64,000 nucleotides of DNA from a virus, in IMG/VR virus record IMGVR_UViG_3300045988_170760, positions 56,298 through 120,297 of that record; one strand, 5' to 3'. Below, in pieces: positions 1 through 9,672 of the stretch. Below the pieces are notes generated by a model. That model searched no databases. It saw nothing but the letters and a program-made list of their open reading frames with translations, and was not told the DNA's origin. Positions within the stretch are counted from its first letter, which is position 1. The number at the start of each line of letters is the position of its first letter. The translations under genes and the position numbers were made by a program.

Positions 1-1
1 G

Positions 2-1177
2 GTTGCTATAATTAGAGATAATGAAACTGCTAAATATTATAAAGTTCCTTATGAAGTAAAAGATGGTAAAGTTACTGTTTTAATGGATGATAAAAAAAAT
101 GTTCATAGAACTTATGAGGAAACTAGTGAAGAAAAAACATTCTCAGAATTCACTTCAGTTGTTTTTGCTAAAAAAGATTACGGAACAGGAGAAGCCATCA
201 CTGTTGATAAATCTAAAGAAGCATTATCAGAAAGTAGCTGGGGGTCAGTTAATAAAACAGAATTAAGAAAAAAGGTTTTAGAAGCTAAAAATTATAAATC
301 TTTAGTTAAGGATGTTTATGCAGATGTCCAAGAAGGATGGGAGGAAGCTCCAAGTTCTAAGCTTAAATATCCAATTATGGAAATTAAAGATGGTAAAGCT
401 GTTTATAACAGATATGGTTTAGCGAGTGCCTTAGCCTATGCTGAAAAAAATGGAGAAACAGCTGTTGTTAATAAGGTGAAAAGTTTATATAAAAAACTTG
501 ACATAGATAAAAATGATGAAGGTGGTGAAAAAAAGATGGCAAAGGAATTAGATAAAGACAAAAAAGAAGAAGTAGTTGAAAACAAATTAGACAAAGACAA
601 TAAAGACATTGAAAAAATCAGAGATGATGCTGATGCACAAGAAGATGATGTAAAAGAAAAAGAAAAAAAAGAAGTAAAAAATTCTGATAAATGTGATGAT
701 ATTGGATTTGCTAAAGATGACGTTAAGAAAAACAAAATCGAAAAAGATGACGAAGGTGAAGAAGACTTAGAAGATGATGTTGATGCTGACAAAGACTACT
801 GGAAGAAAAAAGCTAATGCTTTAGAAATCAAAAACGCTGAAATCGAAAATGAATTAAAGAAATACAAAAGAGCAGAAGAAGAAAGAGAAATGGCAGCAGA
901 AGTAGATAAATTCGCACATTGTATGTCAGAAGACGAAGCAAAAGAACTAAAAAATGCAATTAAAGAATGCACTATGGCAGAAATGAAAGAAAAAATTAAT
1001 GCTAAAGTTGCAGAATTTGCATTAAAAGTAAAAAATGCTGAAGAAGCAAAAAAAGAAATTCAATATTCAGTTAATCCAATGTTTGAATTAAACACATTAA
1101 AATTTTCAAAAAGCGAAATTAATAGCTTAGATGATATTATTTCAAATAGCCATGCAAGTATTGCAGGTAAAAAATAA
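2..1177 (+). CDS. Capsid scaffolding-like protein (5' partial, frame open to window start)
   Basis: Frame is open from nt 2. K/E/D-rich coiled-coil core. Directly precedes the decoration-like and capsid genes. Call rests on position and composition only. Confidence 0.5.
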   Translation, partial: VAIIRDNETAKYYKVPYEVKDGKVTVLMDDKKNVHRTYEETSEEKTFSEFTSVVFAKKDYGTGEAITVDKSKEALSESSWGSVNKTELRKKVLEAKNYKSLVKDVYADVQEGWEEAPSSKLKYPIMEIKDGKAVYNRYGLASALAYAEKNGETAVVNKVKSLYKKLDIDKNDEGGEKKMAKELDKDKKEEVVENKLDKDNKDIEKIRDDADAQEDDVKEKEKKEVKNSDKCDDIGFAKDDVKKNKIEKDDEGEEDLEDDVDADKDYWKKKANALEIKNAEIENELKKYKRAEEEREMAAEVDKFAHCMSEDEAKELKNAIKECTMAEMKEKINAKVAEFALKVKNAEEAKKEIQYSVNPMFELNTLKFSKSEINSLDDIISNSHASIAGKK

Positions 1178-1197
1178 GAAAAGGAGTGAAATAAATT

Positions 1198-1767
1198 ATG
1201 GCAAAACACTATATTGCAAGAACAGTTACAGAAAATCCAGGATATATGCAAGCAAAAATTAGAGTTCCAGCAGATGTTACTTTACATGCAGGTCAAGTAG
1301 TAGTAGCTGAAACTTTAGATGCAGCATTAGGATATGGAAATTGGGATGTTTATGCACCAACACAAGTTGCAAATGCTACAAAAGAAAGCATTGCAGTTAT
1401 TTTAGATGGAGGATTTGAAACATTAGCAGATGGAAGAAGACCAGATGGTAATGCAGATTATACTCAATACTTATTTAATGAAGGAGATGTTGTTACTGCT
1501 CATAGATTATTACCAGAAGTAAGATTTGAAATATCAGAAGATGCATGTGATAATACAGTAACAGCAGCTACAGTTGTACCAGGAGATAATTTAATTCCAA
1601 AGAATGGTCAATATGAATTAACATATTCAGCTAAAGGTACAGCAGTTACAGCTAAAAACTATTTAACAGTTGAAGCAACAAAATATTTCAGATTAGGTGG
1701 TATGTCTGGAGCAGATTTTGCTCAAACAATGGTTGTTAGAGCTAAAGCTACAGATGCTACAGCGTAA
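1198..1767 (+). CDS. Head decoration-like protein (short paralog)
   Basis: RBS aaaaggag. Lies between scaffold-like and capsid genes (lambda gpD-like position). Shares TENPGYMQ, GYGNWDV, ETLADGRRP and FRLGG motifs with the N-terminus of 13071..15125. Confidence 0.45.
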   Translation: MAKHYIARTVTENPGYMQAKIRVPADVTLHAGQVVVAETLDAALGYGNWDVYAPTQVANATKESIAVILDGGFETLADGRRPDGNADYTQYLFNEGDVVTAHRLLPEVRFEISEDACDNTVTAATVVPGDNLIPKNGQYELTYSAKGTAVTAKNYLTVEATKYFRLGGMSGADFAQTMVVRAKATDATA

Positions 1768-1784
1768 GGAGAGGTGAAAAATAG

Positions 1785-2930
1785 ATGAAAGAATTAGAAA
1801 TTATTAGAACTTTTTCATCAAAAGATGATGAAGTAAAAGTAATTAAAGAAAACTTAGAAAAAGTTTGTAAATATGCTATGTATCATGACGGAGCATTAAG
1901 TAGAATTGCAGACAAGAGTTTTGCTTTAGTTGATAAAGAAATTGATAACTATAATGATTTAAATGAAAAAGCTAAAATTGCTTTATTATCATTCTGTGCA
2001 GATAAAGCAGGAATTAGTGAAATTAAAACTAATGCTGATGTAATTAGAGCATTCAACAATAGCACATTTGCAACAATTTACAATTCTATTATTGTTGATG
2101 TATTAGAAAGCATTATCTTAAAAAGCAGACCTGAACAAATTTTCAGATTAGCAAATGTTGATGAAGTTGATGTTGGAGATAGTAAAACTTATGAAATTGA
2201 AACAAAAGGATTACCAATTGCTCAAAGAACTTCATATACAACAAACGTAACATTCTTAGATAGTTATTCAAGAATGAGCTTAACAATTACACCAAAACCA
2301 TATAGTATTGGTACAACAATGGATTATATTAGAATTTTAGCTAATAACTATGATATGGGTAAAGAATTAGCTAGAGTTGCATTTGCATTATTATATGCAC
2401 AATTAAGATTAATCGTTGATGAAATTTATTCAATCACACCAATTAACGGAACTCCATTCTATCAAAATGCATGGAATAGTGCAAACTATATCCAAATGAT
2501 TGAAGATTTAAAAATGTTAAATGGTGGAGCAGATGTTACAGCTTATGGAACATTACCAGCATTTAATAAAATTGGAGTTTTAGCTACTACTAACTATGGT
2601 TTCCAAAGCCAAGATGAAATGATTAGAGAAGGTTTCTTAGGAAGAGCTTATGGAGTAGACAACGTTGTAATTGACCAATTCACAGATTTAAGTCAACCAT
2701 TTACAACAGCTACTGCTGCTACATTAAGAGCAATTCCTAATGATAGAATTATCTTATTATCTAGTGTTGGTGACAAACCAGTTAAATTAGTAAGAGAAAA
2801 CTTTGTTCACGTTAAAGTAAAAGAACCAACAGAAGGTTCACAATACAGACAAAACTATGAATATTTCATGAGTTTTGATGCTGCTATTGCAACACAAGCT
2901 AACTATGGTATTCAATCTGTAAATGACTAA
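1785..2930 (+). CDS. Major capsid protein (positional call)
   Basis: 381 aa. RBS aaggagaggtg. Follows the scaffold and decoration genes and ends at a strong terminator. No motif recognised. Confidence 0.55.
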   Translation: MKELEIIRTFSSKDDEVKVIKENLEKVCKYAMYHDGALSRIADKSFALVDKEIDNYNDLNEKAKIALLSFCADKAGISEIKTNADVIRAFNNSTFATIYNSIIVDVLESIILKSRPEQIFRLANVDEVDVGDSKTYEIETKGLPIAQRTSYTTNVTFLDSYSRMSLTITPKPYSIGTTMDYIRILANNYDMGKELARVAFALLYAQLRLIVDEIYSITPINGTPFYQNAWNSANYIQMIEDLKMLNGGADVTAYGTLPAFNKIGVLATTNYGFQSQDEMIREGFLGRAYGVDNVVIDQFTDLSQPFTTATAATLRAIPNDRIILLSSVGDKPVKLVRENFVHVKVKEPTEGSQYRQNYEYFMSFDAAIATQANYGIQSVND

Positions 2931-2934
2931 TTAG

Positions 2935-2962
2935 AATGGGATAGATTTCTATCCCATTTTAA
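2935..2962 (+). terminator. Rho-independent terminator after capsid gene
   Basis: Perfect 10-bp stem aatgggatag/ctatcccatt (2935-2944 / 2949-2958), 4-nt loop, then a T-rich tail. Confidence 0.8.
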
Positions 2963-2990
2963 TTATAATATATTTTAGGATGAAAGTCAA
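2962..2990 (-). promoter_or_regulatory. Sigma70-type promoter of the conserved early family, pointing antisense into the capsid gene
   Basis: Minus strand reads TTGACT-ttcatcctaaaatatat-TATAAT (17-nt spacer). 15 of 17 spacer positions match the promoter at 48843..48871. Confidence 0.6.
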
Positions 2991-3029
2991 TAGTTTATAT
3001 TATAGATTATTATGGAAGGAGCTATGAAA

Positions 3030-3719
3030 ATGGCAAACAAAAAAAATAATGTTAAACCAAAAGAAGACATTGAATTGAAAGAAGAAATCAAAGTAGAAGA
3101 AACACAAAAAACGGAAGAAAGTCAAGAAGTGATTGCTTTAAGGAAACAAGTAGAAGAAATGAAGAAAGCTATGGAAGAGTTAATGAAAGTTAAAGCTAAT
3201 GAACCTTCTCAAAAAGTTTTTGTAAAGCAAGAAGATGATGAGGTAGTAATTGGATGTAGAGTCCTACAAGGTATCGGATGGGGTGCTCCTGAAGACCCAG
3301 CTGGTGAAATTAGATTACGTTTTAATGAAGAACAAGTTGTAACTGTTTCTGATATGAAAAGATTTTTCAGAAAACATTCAATCAGAAAACTTTTTGAAAA
3401 TGGATTATGTTATTTTACAGAACCAGAAAATTATGCATTATTTAATATAAGAAAGTATATTGATTTATCAGATGAAAACTTAATAAGGGTATTAACACAA
3501 GAAGATACTAATGATGTAATTAGAGAATTAGATGAAATTACAACTAATAAAAAAAATAGTAGCATTGTAAATTGTGTTGTATTTAGAATTTGTGATATGA
3601 TAAGAAAAAACACTTTAGATTGGGATTATTATAAAAGAAAAGCTATTGAAGATTACTTTAGCATGGAATTTGATAGAGGAATTAATACTTTAAAAGCTTT
3701 AGAACAATATAGAGGATAA
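3030..3719 (+). CDS. Hypothetical protein, K/E-rich N-terminus (structural module)
   Basis: Track ORF starts at 3012. ATG 3030 has the best spacing to RBS ggaaggag (3015-3022). Confidence 0.6.
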   Translation: MANKKNNVKPKEDIELKEEIKVEETQKTEESQEVIALRKQVEEMKKAMEELMKVKANEPSQKVFVKQEDDEVVIGCRVLQGIGWGAPEDPAGEIRLRFNEEQVVTVSDMKRFFRKHSIRKLFENGLCYFTEPENYALFNIRKYIDLSDENLIRVLTQEDTNDVIRELDEITTNKKNSSIVNCVVFRICDMIRKNTLDWDYYKRKAIEDYFSMEFDRGINTLKALEQYRG

Positions 3720-3746
3720 ATATAAGGAATGTAAGGGGGTGGAAAA

Positions 3747-4472
3747 ATGGCAACAAGTTTTGAAGAAATATATTGTCTTAATGCAGTTATTAAATCAGAC
3801 CAACGTTTGCTTAACAAACCATCTTATATGTTATATGATTTATGTTGGAAATATTTGCAATTAGCAATTCCTTATTTCCAATATGATTGCAGAAAGAATT
3901 TACTTGATTTAGTTCCATTTTCTCTTACAGATTATTCTTTTACAGGAGATGGAGAAAACAATATTTTTAAATTAGAACCACCTCCAAATATAGGTGATAA
4001 TCCAAACTTTTATATTACTCTACAATTAGATTGTGGACAAGAAGCTAGACCTATAAATGATTATATTTGGGATAGTGAAAATAATACAATCACTTTAAGT
4101 GATGTGACTCCAGCGGTAGGAGAAATTATCAACATTACAGTTTATGAAATTGGTTATTTTAATGCAGACTTAAATTATGACGAAAAAGCTATTTTGGCAC
4201 GAGCTATGAATATACCATATTATGAGGAACAAATGACAAGTAGTAAAATATTAAATTTTGCTGTATATGGTGGTAGTATAAAGATGCATTCTCAAGCAGA
4301 ACAATTAAAAACTGTTACTTCTTTATATAAGGGATATAAAAGAGAAGTTGAAGGAGATATCAGTATGTATTCTTACCGTACTGCACCAAAAGGTTTAAAG
4401 GGATTGGGGGCGAGAACAGTATGCTTACACCCACTAAGATATCAACCAAAACCAATTGCATCCAAAGAATAA
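3747..4472 (+). CDS. Hypothetical head-completion/neck protein
   Basis: RBS aagggggtgg. 241-aa ORF in the head-to-tail gene run. Confidence 0.55.
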   Translation: MATSFEEIYCLNAVIKSDQRLLNKPSYMLYDLCWKYLQLAIPYFQYDCRKNLLDLVPFSLTDYSFTGDGENNIFKLEPPPNIGDNPNFYITLQLDCGQEARPINDYIWDSENNTITLSDVTPAVGEIINITVYEIGYFNADLNYDEKAILARAMNIPYYEEQMTSSKILNFAVYGGSIKMHSQAEQLKTVTSLYKGYKREVEGDISMYSYRTAPKGLKGLGARTVCLHPLRYQPKPIASKE

Positions 4473-5440
4473 ACTCGATATTACATTCTGATGCGAGTGA
4501 TAATATTGAGACGGATAGTCAAATTACAGAATTAACAAAAAATAATTTTACAATTAGTCCAGATTATAGGGTGGTATATAAGAATTTTGATTATAGTAAT
4601 CCTTATGATGCATGGATTTACGAAGGAAATGATGAGGATAAAATAGTAGGTTATAAATATTTTCAATCTTATCCTTATGATACAGTAGAATTTAAAATAG
4701 GTGATTATATTCATTGGAATTTTAATCACAAGGAATTGTCAACTTGGATTTTAATTTCGTTAGATACACAATATCTTTATAATGTAAAGGGAAGGATGTT
4801 ACAATGTAATAATTCTTTGCGTTGGGAAGATAAAGATGGAGAAATTAATTGTTATCCATGTGTAATTGAAGATGCGTTAACTTATACTAATTTTAAATGG
4901 GGTAATAAAGGTGTAGTTGAACCAGGAGGAGATATTGTTGTAATAGTACAACGAAATGAATATACTTCCAAAATAGATATAAATGATAGATTTTTATTTA
5001 ATGAAGTTGCTTTCAAAGTAAAACAAAAATTTATGGAGTTAAATCCAAATTATGTAGAATTATATATGATGAAAGTTCCTGAATTATCAGGAGATAACTT
5101 TGAAGATAATATAGCTAAAAATAATTCTAATGAAGATAATAAAACTCCTGATTTGTTAAATGGTATTGTATTATTACCTGATGTAAAAGAGATAATGTTA
5201 GGAAAAGTAATAGAATTTAGCATATATAACTATGTTAATGGAATAAAGCAAAAGAACACATTTACAGTTAATGTAAGTGGCGTTCCACAAGATTATTTTC
5301 ATTTAGATGTATTAGATGGAAACAATTTTACTATAGAGAATATAGTAGAATATCAAATAAATCCACTTATAATAGAGTGTGTTGACAATGCAAGTGGGAA
5401 TAAAATAAATAAATCAATATGGTTAGGAGGGAATTGGTGA
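4421..5440 (+). CDS. Hypothetical structural protein
   Basis: 339-aa ORF. The only ATG start overlaps the previous gene by 52 nt. A G-rich RBS-like tract lies upstream. Confidence 0.55.
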   Translation: MLTPTKISTKTNCIQRINSILHSDASDNIETDSQITELTKNNFTISPDYRVVYKNFDYSNPYDAWIYEGNDEDKIVGYKYFQSYPYDTVEFKIGDYIHWNFNHKELSTWILISLDTQYLYNVKGRMLQCNNSLRWEDKDGEINCYPCVIEDALTYTNFKWGNKGVVEPGGDIVVIVQRNEYTSKIDINDRFLFNEVAFKVKQKFMELNPNYVELYMMKVPELSGDNFEDNIAKNNSNEDNKTPDLLNGIVLLPDVKEIMLGKVIEFSIYNYVNGIKQKNTFTVNVSGVPQDYFHLDVLDGNNFTIENIVEYQINPLIIECVDNASGNKINKSIWLGGNW

Positions 5441-6015
5441 TGTTTTCTCCATGTGATGAGTTTAATTTTGACAAGACAGCTTATAATTCTTATAAGTTGG
5501 CTAGGGACTTACCTACCTTGATAGTTAATTATTTATTTGAAAATTCCCCTGACTTTTGGAAACTATTAAAATATTCACAAAATCCACTATCTGAACCAGA
5601 CTTAACAAATGAGGAAAAGGCAAAGATGATATGTAAATCTTCATTTGATACAGAACAGTATAATGTGTTGTTTCAGAAATATACTGTAGATGCTATGATA
5701 AAAGCAAAATCTCAAGTGAGAGTATTCATAGATAATATTAGTTCTTATGGTAGAACCAATGCTTTAGTTAGAATAATCTTCCAGGTAATTGTAAATAATA
5801 ATGAGATGATGATTACTACAGATATGTCTAAAAATGATAAAAGAGATGTAGCTATTATGCAAACTATAGTAGAAGCATTAAATGGTGTTAAGCTAGATAA
5901 GACTAAGTCTCAAATGTTTATAAACAATGAAATAGACAGATTTGCAGGAGCATCTCAGGTAAGCTATAATAATAATTATTCAGGATTTCAATTAACAATG
6001 GATGTGTGGATTTAA
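5440..6015 (+). CDS. Hypothetical structural protein
   Basis: ATG 5440 overlaps the upstream stop (tgATG). RBS aggagg at 5425-5430. Track ORF start is 5419. Confidence 0.55.
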   Translation: MFSPCDEFNFDKTAYNSYKLARDLPTLIVNYLFENSPDFWKLLKYSQNPLSEPDLTNEEKAKMICKSSFDTEQYNVLFQKYTVDAMIKAKSQVRVFIDNISSYGRTNALVRIIFQVIVNNNEMMITTDMSKNDKRDVAIMQTIVEALNGVKLDKTKSQMFINNEIDRFAGASQVSYNNNYSGFQLTMDVWI

Positions 6016-6017
6016 AA

Positions 6018-6929
6018 ATGAATATAAGCTATGATAATAAAATGAATTTGGCTTTTGATAAGCCTTTGAAATATAAGCAATTATTATTATATCCTGCAAC
6101 TGTTTCTTATTATTCAATATTTAGTTCAGCTGAAGATTGTTTAGATGTGTCTAAGTTGAATGAAAAAAATATAGAATTATTAAGATTACCATATTTGGAG
6201 TATATATATACTAAAGCCATGTTAAATGAAGAAGATTTTAAGATGAAATGGGATATGTTGATATGTGTATTAAATATAGTTTTAGGTGAAGACCAGCCTT
6301 TTGATGTATTAAAAAAAGATGGTAAAATATATATAAAGGTTTATCAAAGGTCAGAAAATTATGAATTATTGAATAAAGAGTATACTATTTTAAAGAATAG
6401 TTTATTAACAAATTATAAAAGTGGTAAAGTCTCAAATGAGGAACTAAAGTCAATTAGTGATAAAATGGTAGAACTACAAGAAAAAATGTATGTTCATATT
6501 ATGATAGGTTCTGAGGATTTTGAGGAAATCAGACAATTGATTATGTTACAAAATGACATAAAGCCACAGCATTATGATGCTAAAACGGAACAATTCTTAA
6601 ACAACATGAAAAATAAACTAAGAGAAGTAAAAAGAAGTAATCAAGATATGACTACTGAAGACTTAATAACAATAGTAGCTTTCTCATTAAATAAAGATAC
6701 TAGTGAGTTAGAAAATATGACTATTAGACGTTTTAATAGATTTCTAAATATCATTATGAAGAAAGACGATTATTATATGTATAAACAATTGGAATTAAGC
6801 GGAATGATAAAGATGAAATCAGATATACCACATTGGATAAGTCATTATGAGCCTAAGGGTAAATTTGATGATATTGTTGTTGAGGGAAGTTCTTTAATGG
6901 CGTCATTAAAAGATGGTGAAAAAATTTAA
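6018..6929 (+). CDS. Hypothetical structural protein
   Basis: Track ORF begins at GTG 6006. The first ATG is at 6018. Confidence 0.5.
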   Translation: MNISYDNKMNLAFDKPLKYKQLLLYPATVSYYSIFSSAEDCLDVSKLNEKNIELLRLPYLEYIYTKAMLNEEDFKMKWDMLICVLNIVLGEDQPFDVLKKDGKIYIKVYQRSENYELLNKEYTILKNSLLTNYKSGKVSNEELKSISDKMVELQEKMYVHIMIGSEDFEEIRQLIMLQNDIKPQHYDAKTEQFLNNMKNKLREVKRSNQDMTTEDLITIVAFSLNKDTSELENMTIRRFNRFLNIIMKKDDYYMYKQLELSGMIKMKSDIPHWISHYEPKGKFDDIVVEGSSLMASLKDGEKI

Positions 6930-6948
6930 TGAAAAGGAGAGATAAAGT

Positions 6949-7956
6949 ATGGCAATAGATAAAGGTTTAGCTTTAGTATCTGTAGCTGATGTATTGTTCT
7001 TTAATCCTGTGACAGATGCTTATATTGGAGAAGGTTTAGCTTTAACAAACTCTACTTTAACACAAGAAGTTCAAAGTATTGAACAAAGAGGAGGATATCT
7101 AAACGCATTATTATTCGATATCAAGCATAGTAAAACTGTAACAGTAGAATTAGAAAGTGCAACATTTAAAATGGAATATTTAGCATTCCAAACAGGAACA
7201 CCAATTGTTTCAGGTTTATCAGGAGTTTATAAATTTGATGAATGTGTTTCTTTCCAAAATGGTGTTGGAGAAACAGCGGATACTCCACTAGGAAATGTAT
7301 ATGTAAGAATGCCAAATGGTGCAGTAAAATCAATTGTACCAACAGGAAAAAGTGTAGATATTGGTATGGCAGAATTTAGTGGTTCTTTACAAGTTGTATA
7401 TCAATATAATGCACAAGTCGACCAAATCACAATTGACACAAAAACACAACCATTAACTGTAAAAGCTGTTATGAGAGTGCATGTTTTAAGTCAAGATGGT
7501 ATCGAAGGATATATCCAAATTATAATTCCTAGATTAAAATTTAATGGTAGTATTTCACTAACATTAACATCAGATGCAGTGTCTACATTTGGTATTGGTG
7601 GAACAGCACAAGAATATGCTACAGATTGTGGAGAAAGTTATTATGCAGATGCAAAATATATTAATACAGAGGATACAGCTGTTATTCCAGTAGAAAGTGT
7701 TGTAGCATCTCCAAACGTAATGACATTCTCAATGGCAGGAGTTCATGAAGCTACAGCTAATGTTATTGGTGTAAGAAGTACTCCATATTCTAATGTTCAA
7801 TTAGATAATAGTGCATTAACATTTGAAAGTACAGACCAAGAAACAGCAACTGTAGATGCTACTGGTAGGATTACTGGTATTAAACAAGGTGAAACAACTA
7901 TTAAAGTAACTTACCAAGGATTACAAGACCTTATTTCAGTTAATATTGGTGAATAA
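6949..7956 (+). CDS. Putative major tail protein with C-terminal Big_2-like Ig domain
   Basis: RBS aaaaggagag. The C-terminal ~80 aa (TATVDATGRITGIKQGETTIKVTY) look like a bacterial Ig-like domain. Sits after the head-completion genes, with a terminator shortly downstream. Confidence 0.55.
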   Translation: MAIDKGLALVSVADVLFFNPVTDAYIGEGLALTNSTLTQEVQSIEQRGGYLNALLFDIKHSKTVTVELESATFKMEYLAFQTGTPIVSGLSGVYKFDECVSFQNGVGETADTPLGNVYVRMPNGAVKSIVPTGKSVDIGMAEFSGSLQVVYQYNAQVDQITIDTKTQPLTVKAVMRVHVLSQDGIEGYIQIIIPRLKFNGSISLTLTSDAVSTFGIGGTAQEYATDCGESYYADAKYINTEDTAVIPVESVVASPNVMTFSMAGVHEATANVIGVRSTPYSNVQLDNSALTFESTDQETATVDATGRITGIKQGETTIKVTYQGLQDLISVNIGE

Positions 7957-8141
7957 TGGGTTGTACAGAATATCCTTTATGCAAATATGCATTTTATGAA
8001 AAACAACCAAATAAAATGATTGTTTTAAAATGTAGCAAAAGTAATGAACTATGTGCATATTCTAGGTATTGTTCAAGACTATTGAAGGTCATTCATACAA
8101 GTACCTATAGAAATTGTGCAATAAGCAAACAACAAATATGA
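7956..8141 (+). CDS. Small Cys-rich hypothetical protein
   Basis: 61 aa with 6 Cys. ATG overlaps the upstream TAA. Confidence 0.4.
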   Translation: MGCTEYPLCKYAFYEKQPNKMIVLKCSKSNELCAYSRYCSRLLKVIHTSTYRNCAISKQQI

Positions 8142-8176
8142 CAGGGATTAGTTTATTACTAATTCCTGTTTTTTTT
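8141..8176 (+). terminator. Rho-independent terminator
   Basis: Stem acagggattag/ctaattcctgt (one G-U pair), then a T8 run. Confidence 0.8.
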
Positions 8177-8197
8177 ACTTTTTAAAGAGGTGGGAAT

Positions 8198-8941
8198 ATG
8201 TTTGGATTAGATGTTGCAACTTTAACTGCACTGGCACAATTATTATTTAATGGTTTAGCGATTTTAGTTATTTTCTTTTTATATATAAAGGATAGAAATA
8301 AAAGACAAAAAGAATATGAAGATGACCGAAAGGCAGAAAGAGAAAGAAATAACAAATTAAGTGAAAATTACAATTCTATGATACAGGATATCATTCAAGG
8401 ACTTTCAAAAAAGCATTTAACACCAAAAGAAAGTAAAAGTATTGCACAAATAGAGAAGCAAATAACTGATATAATAAATGTTATATTAAAAGAAACCAAT
8501 GCTTCCAGAGTTTGTATAGTTAGATATCATAATGGAAATAAAGATATGACTGGTAGGTCTTTTTTGAAAATGAGTATGACAAATGAAGTTGTCAATATAG
8601 GTGTTACTTCAATGATGGGAGAATTTAAAGATGTGTTTAGGTCTTTGTTGGCTTATTGGTGTCATGAAATTGAAAGTAAGAAATATTGTGTTATAAAAGA
8701 TGCGGAAGAATTAAAGAATGTAGATATGACAATGTACCAATATTTATCTACAAGAAATATTGAAGCTAAATATGGTACTGGATTAAAAGATAGTTTGGGA
8801 AATGTAATTGGTTTTATTTGTATTGAATATTTAAATAAAAATGATTTAGATTTAGATAAAATTAATACAAGTATGACAAAAAATTTCCCTAAAATCGAAG
8901 CTTTAGTTTCATTAGATGGAGGTGTTAGTGATGAATTGTAA
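8198..8941 (+). CDS. Membrane-anchored protein with GAF-like C-terminal region
   Basis: N-terminal TM helix (LAQLLFNGLAILVIFFLYI) and a charged linker. The pattern SRVCIVRYHNG...GNVIGFICIEY is GAF-like by eye only. Confidence 0.5.
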   Translation: MFGLDVATLTALAQLLFNGLAILVIFFLYIKDRNKRQKEYEDDRKAERERNNKLSENYNSMIQDIIQGLSKKHLTPKESKSIAQIEKQITDIINVILKETNASRVCIVRYHNGNKDMTGRSFLKMSMTNEVVNIGVTSMMGEFKDVFRSLLAYWCHEIESKKYCVIKDAEELKNVDMTMYQYLSTRNIEAKYGTGLKDSLGNVIGFICIEYLNKNDLDLDKINTSMTKNFPKIEALVSLDGGVSDEL

Positions 8942-9524
8942 CAGTAATACAGCACCATTGCCAAGCACATCAGGTGAAGGTTGCAATGTAGGTTGCGAAC
9001 CTAAATCAATTAATGTAGTGTGTAGAAAGATTATTATACCATCAGGGCAAGAAACTTTAGCAGTAGAGGGAGATTTAAATTCTTCATTTAGAGAATTTTT
9101 AATTCCATTAGAAACAGAACAAGGATTTAACCTAGAAGATGCAACATTTGCAATATTAGTTATGAATTCTAATGGAGAACAATATCAAGTTATTATTGAC
9201 GATACAAACAAAACAATACAAGGAAATTATATAAAAATAAAGTGGAATTTATCTGCTCGAGATACATCAGTAGCAGGAGACTTAAAAGTTTCTATTCAGG
9301 CAACAAAGGATGACTTTAGATGGGAAACTTATTATGCTAAATTTAGAGTACAGCCATCTCTTGGAGGAGTGGTTAAGATGCAACCTCCTGTATTGTTACA
9401 ACAAAAAATTGTAACTCCAACTAATAAGGAACAAATTATATTACCAGATGCTGGATATGATGGATTATCAGTTGTTATAGTACAGGCAGTAGAAGGGGGG
9501 AGGGACATCATTAACATTAGATGA
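8931..9524 (+). CDS. Hypothetical tail/fibre-associated protein, frame broken at a G6 run
   Basis: RBS ggagg lies 9 nt before ATG 8931 (track start is 8916). Stops at TGA 9522-9524, just after G6 at 9495-9500. Confidence 0.55.
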   Translation: MNCNSNTAPLPSTSGEGCNVGCEPKSINVVCRKIIIPSGQETLAVEGDLNSSFREFLIPLETEQGFNLEDATFAILVMNSNGEQYQVIIDDTNKTIQGNYIKIKWNLSARDTSVAGDLKVSIQATKDDFRWETYYAKFRVQPSLGGVVKMQPPVLLQQKIVTPTNKEQIILPDAGYDGLSVVIVQAVEGGRDIINIR

Positions 9525-9660
9525 TGTATTTAATAGTATTACAACATCTCATAGCTTAATAAAGAGAGTTGACCCATCTATATCTATGGATATTAGTGGA
9601 GAAGAAGTAGAAAATAGAGCTTTAACAAGTCAAGAAATTAATAATATTTTGAATAAATAG
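9493..9660 (+). other. +1-frame coding-like extension of the 8931 gene
   Basis: The +1 frame is open from 9493 to TAG 9658-9660 and has no RBS or start of its own. Its end ALTSQEINNILNK resembles the C-terminus ISNEEIDTILAS of the next fibre gene. Confidence 0.4.
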
Positions 9661-9672
9661 GAAGGGATATAA

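Noticed and set aside
436-792. Long antisense ORFs inside large + strand genes. Examples: 436..792, 9831..10406, 14474..14956, 18994..19452, 19459..19806, 22761..23087, 32175..32522.
   Set aside because: They are shadow ORFs. They have low-complexity Ser/Leu/Phe-rich translations, no RBS, and are fully nested opposite genes with recognisable motifs.
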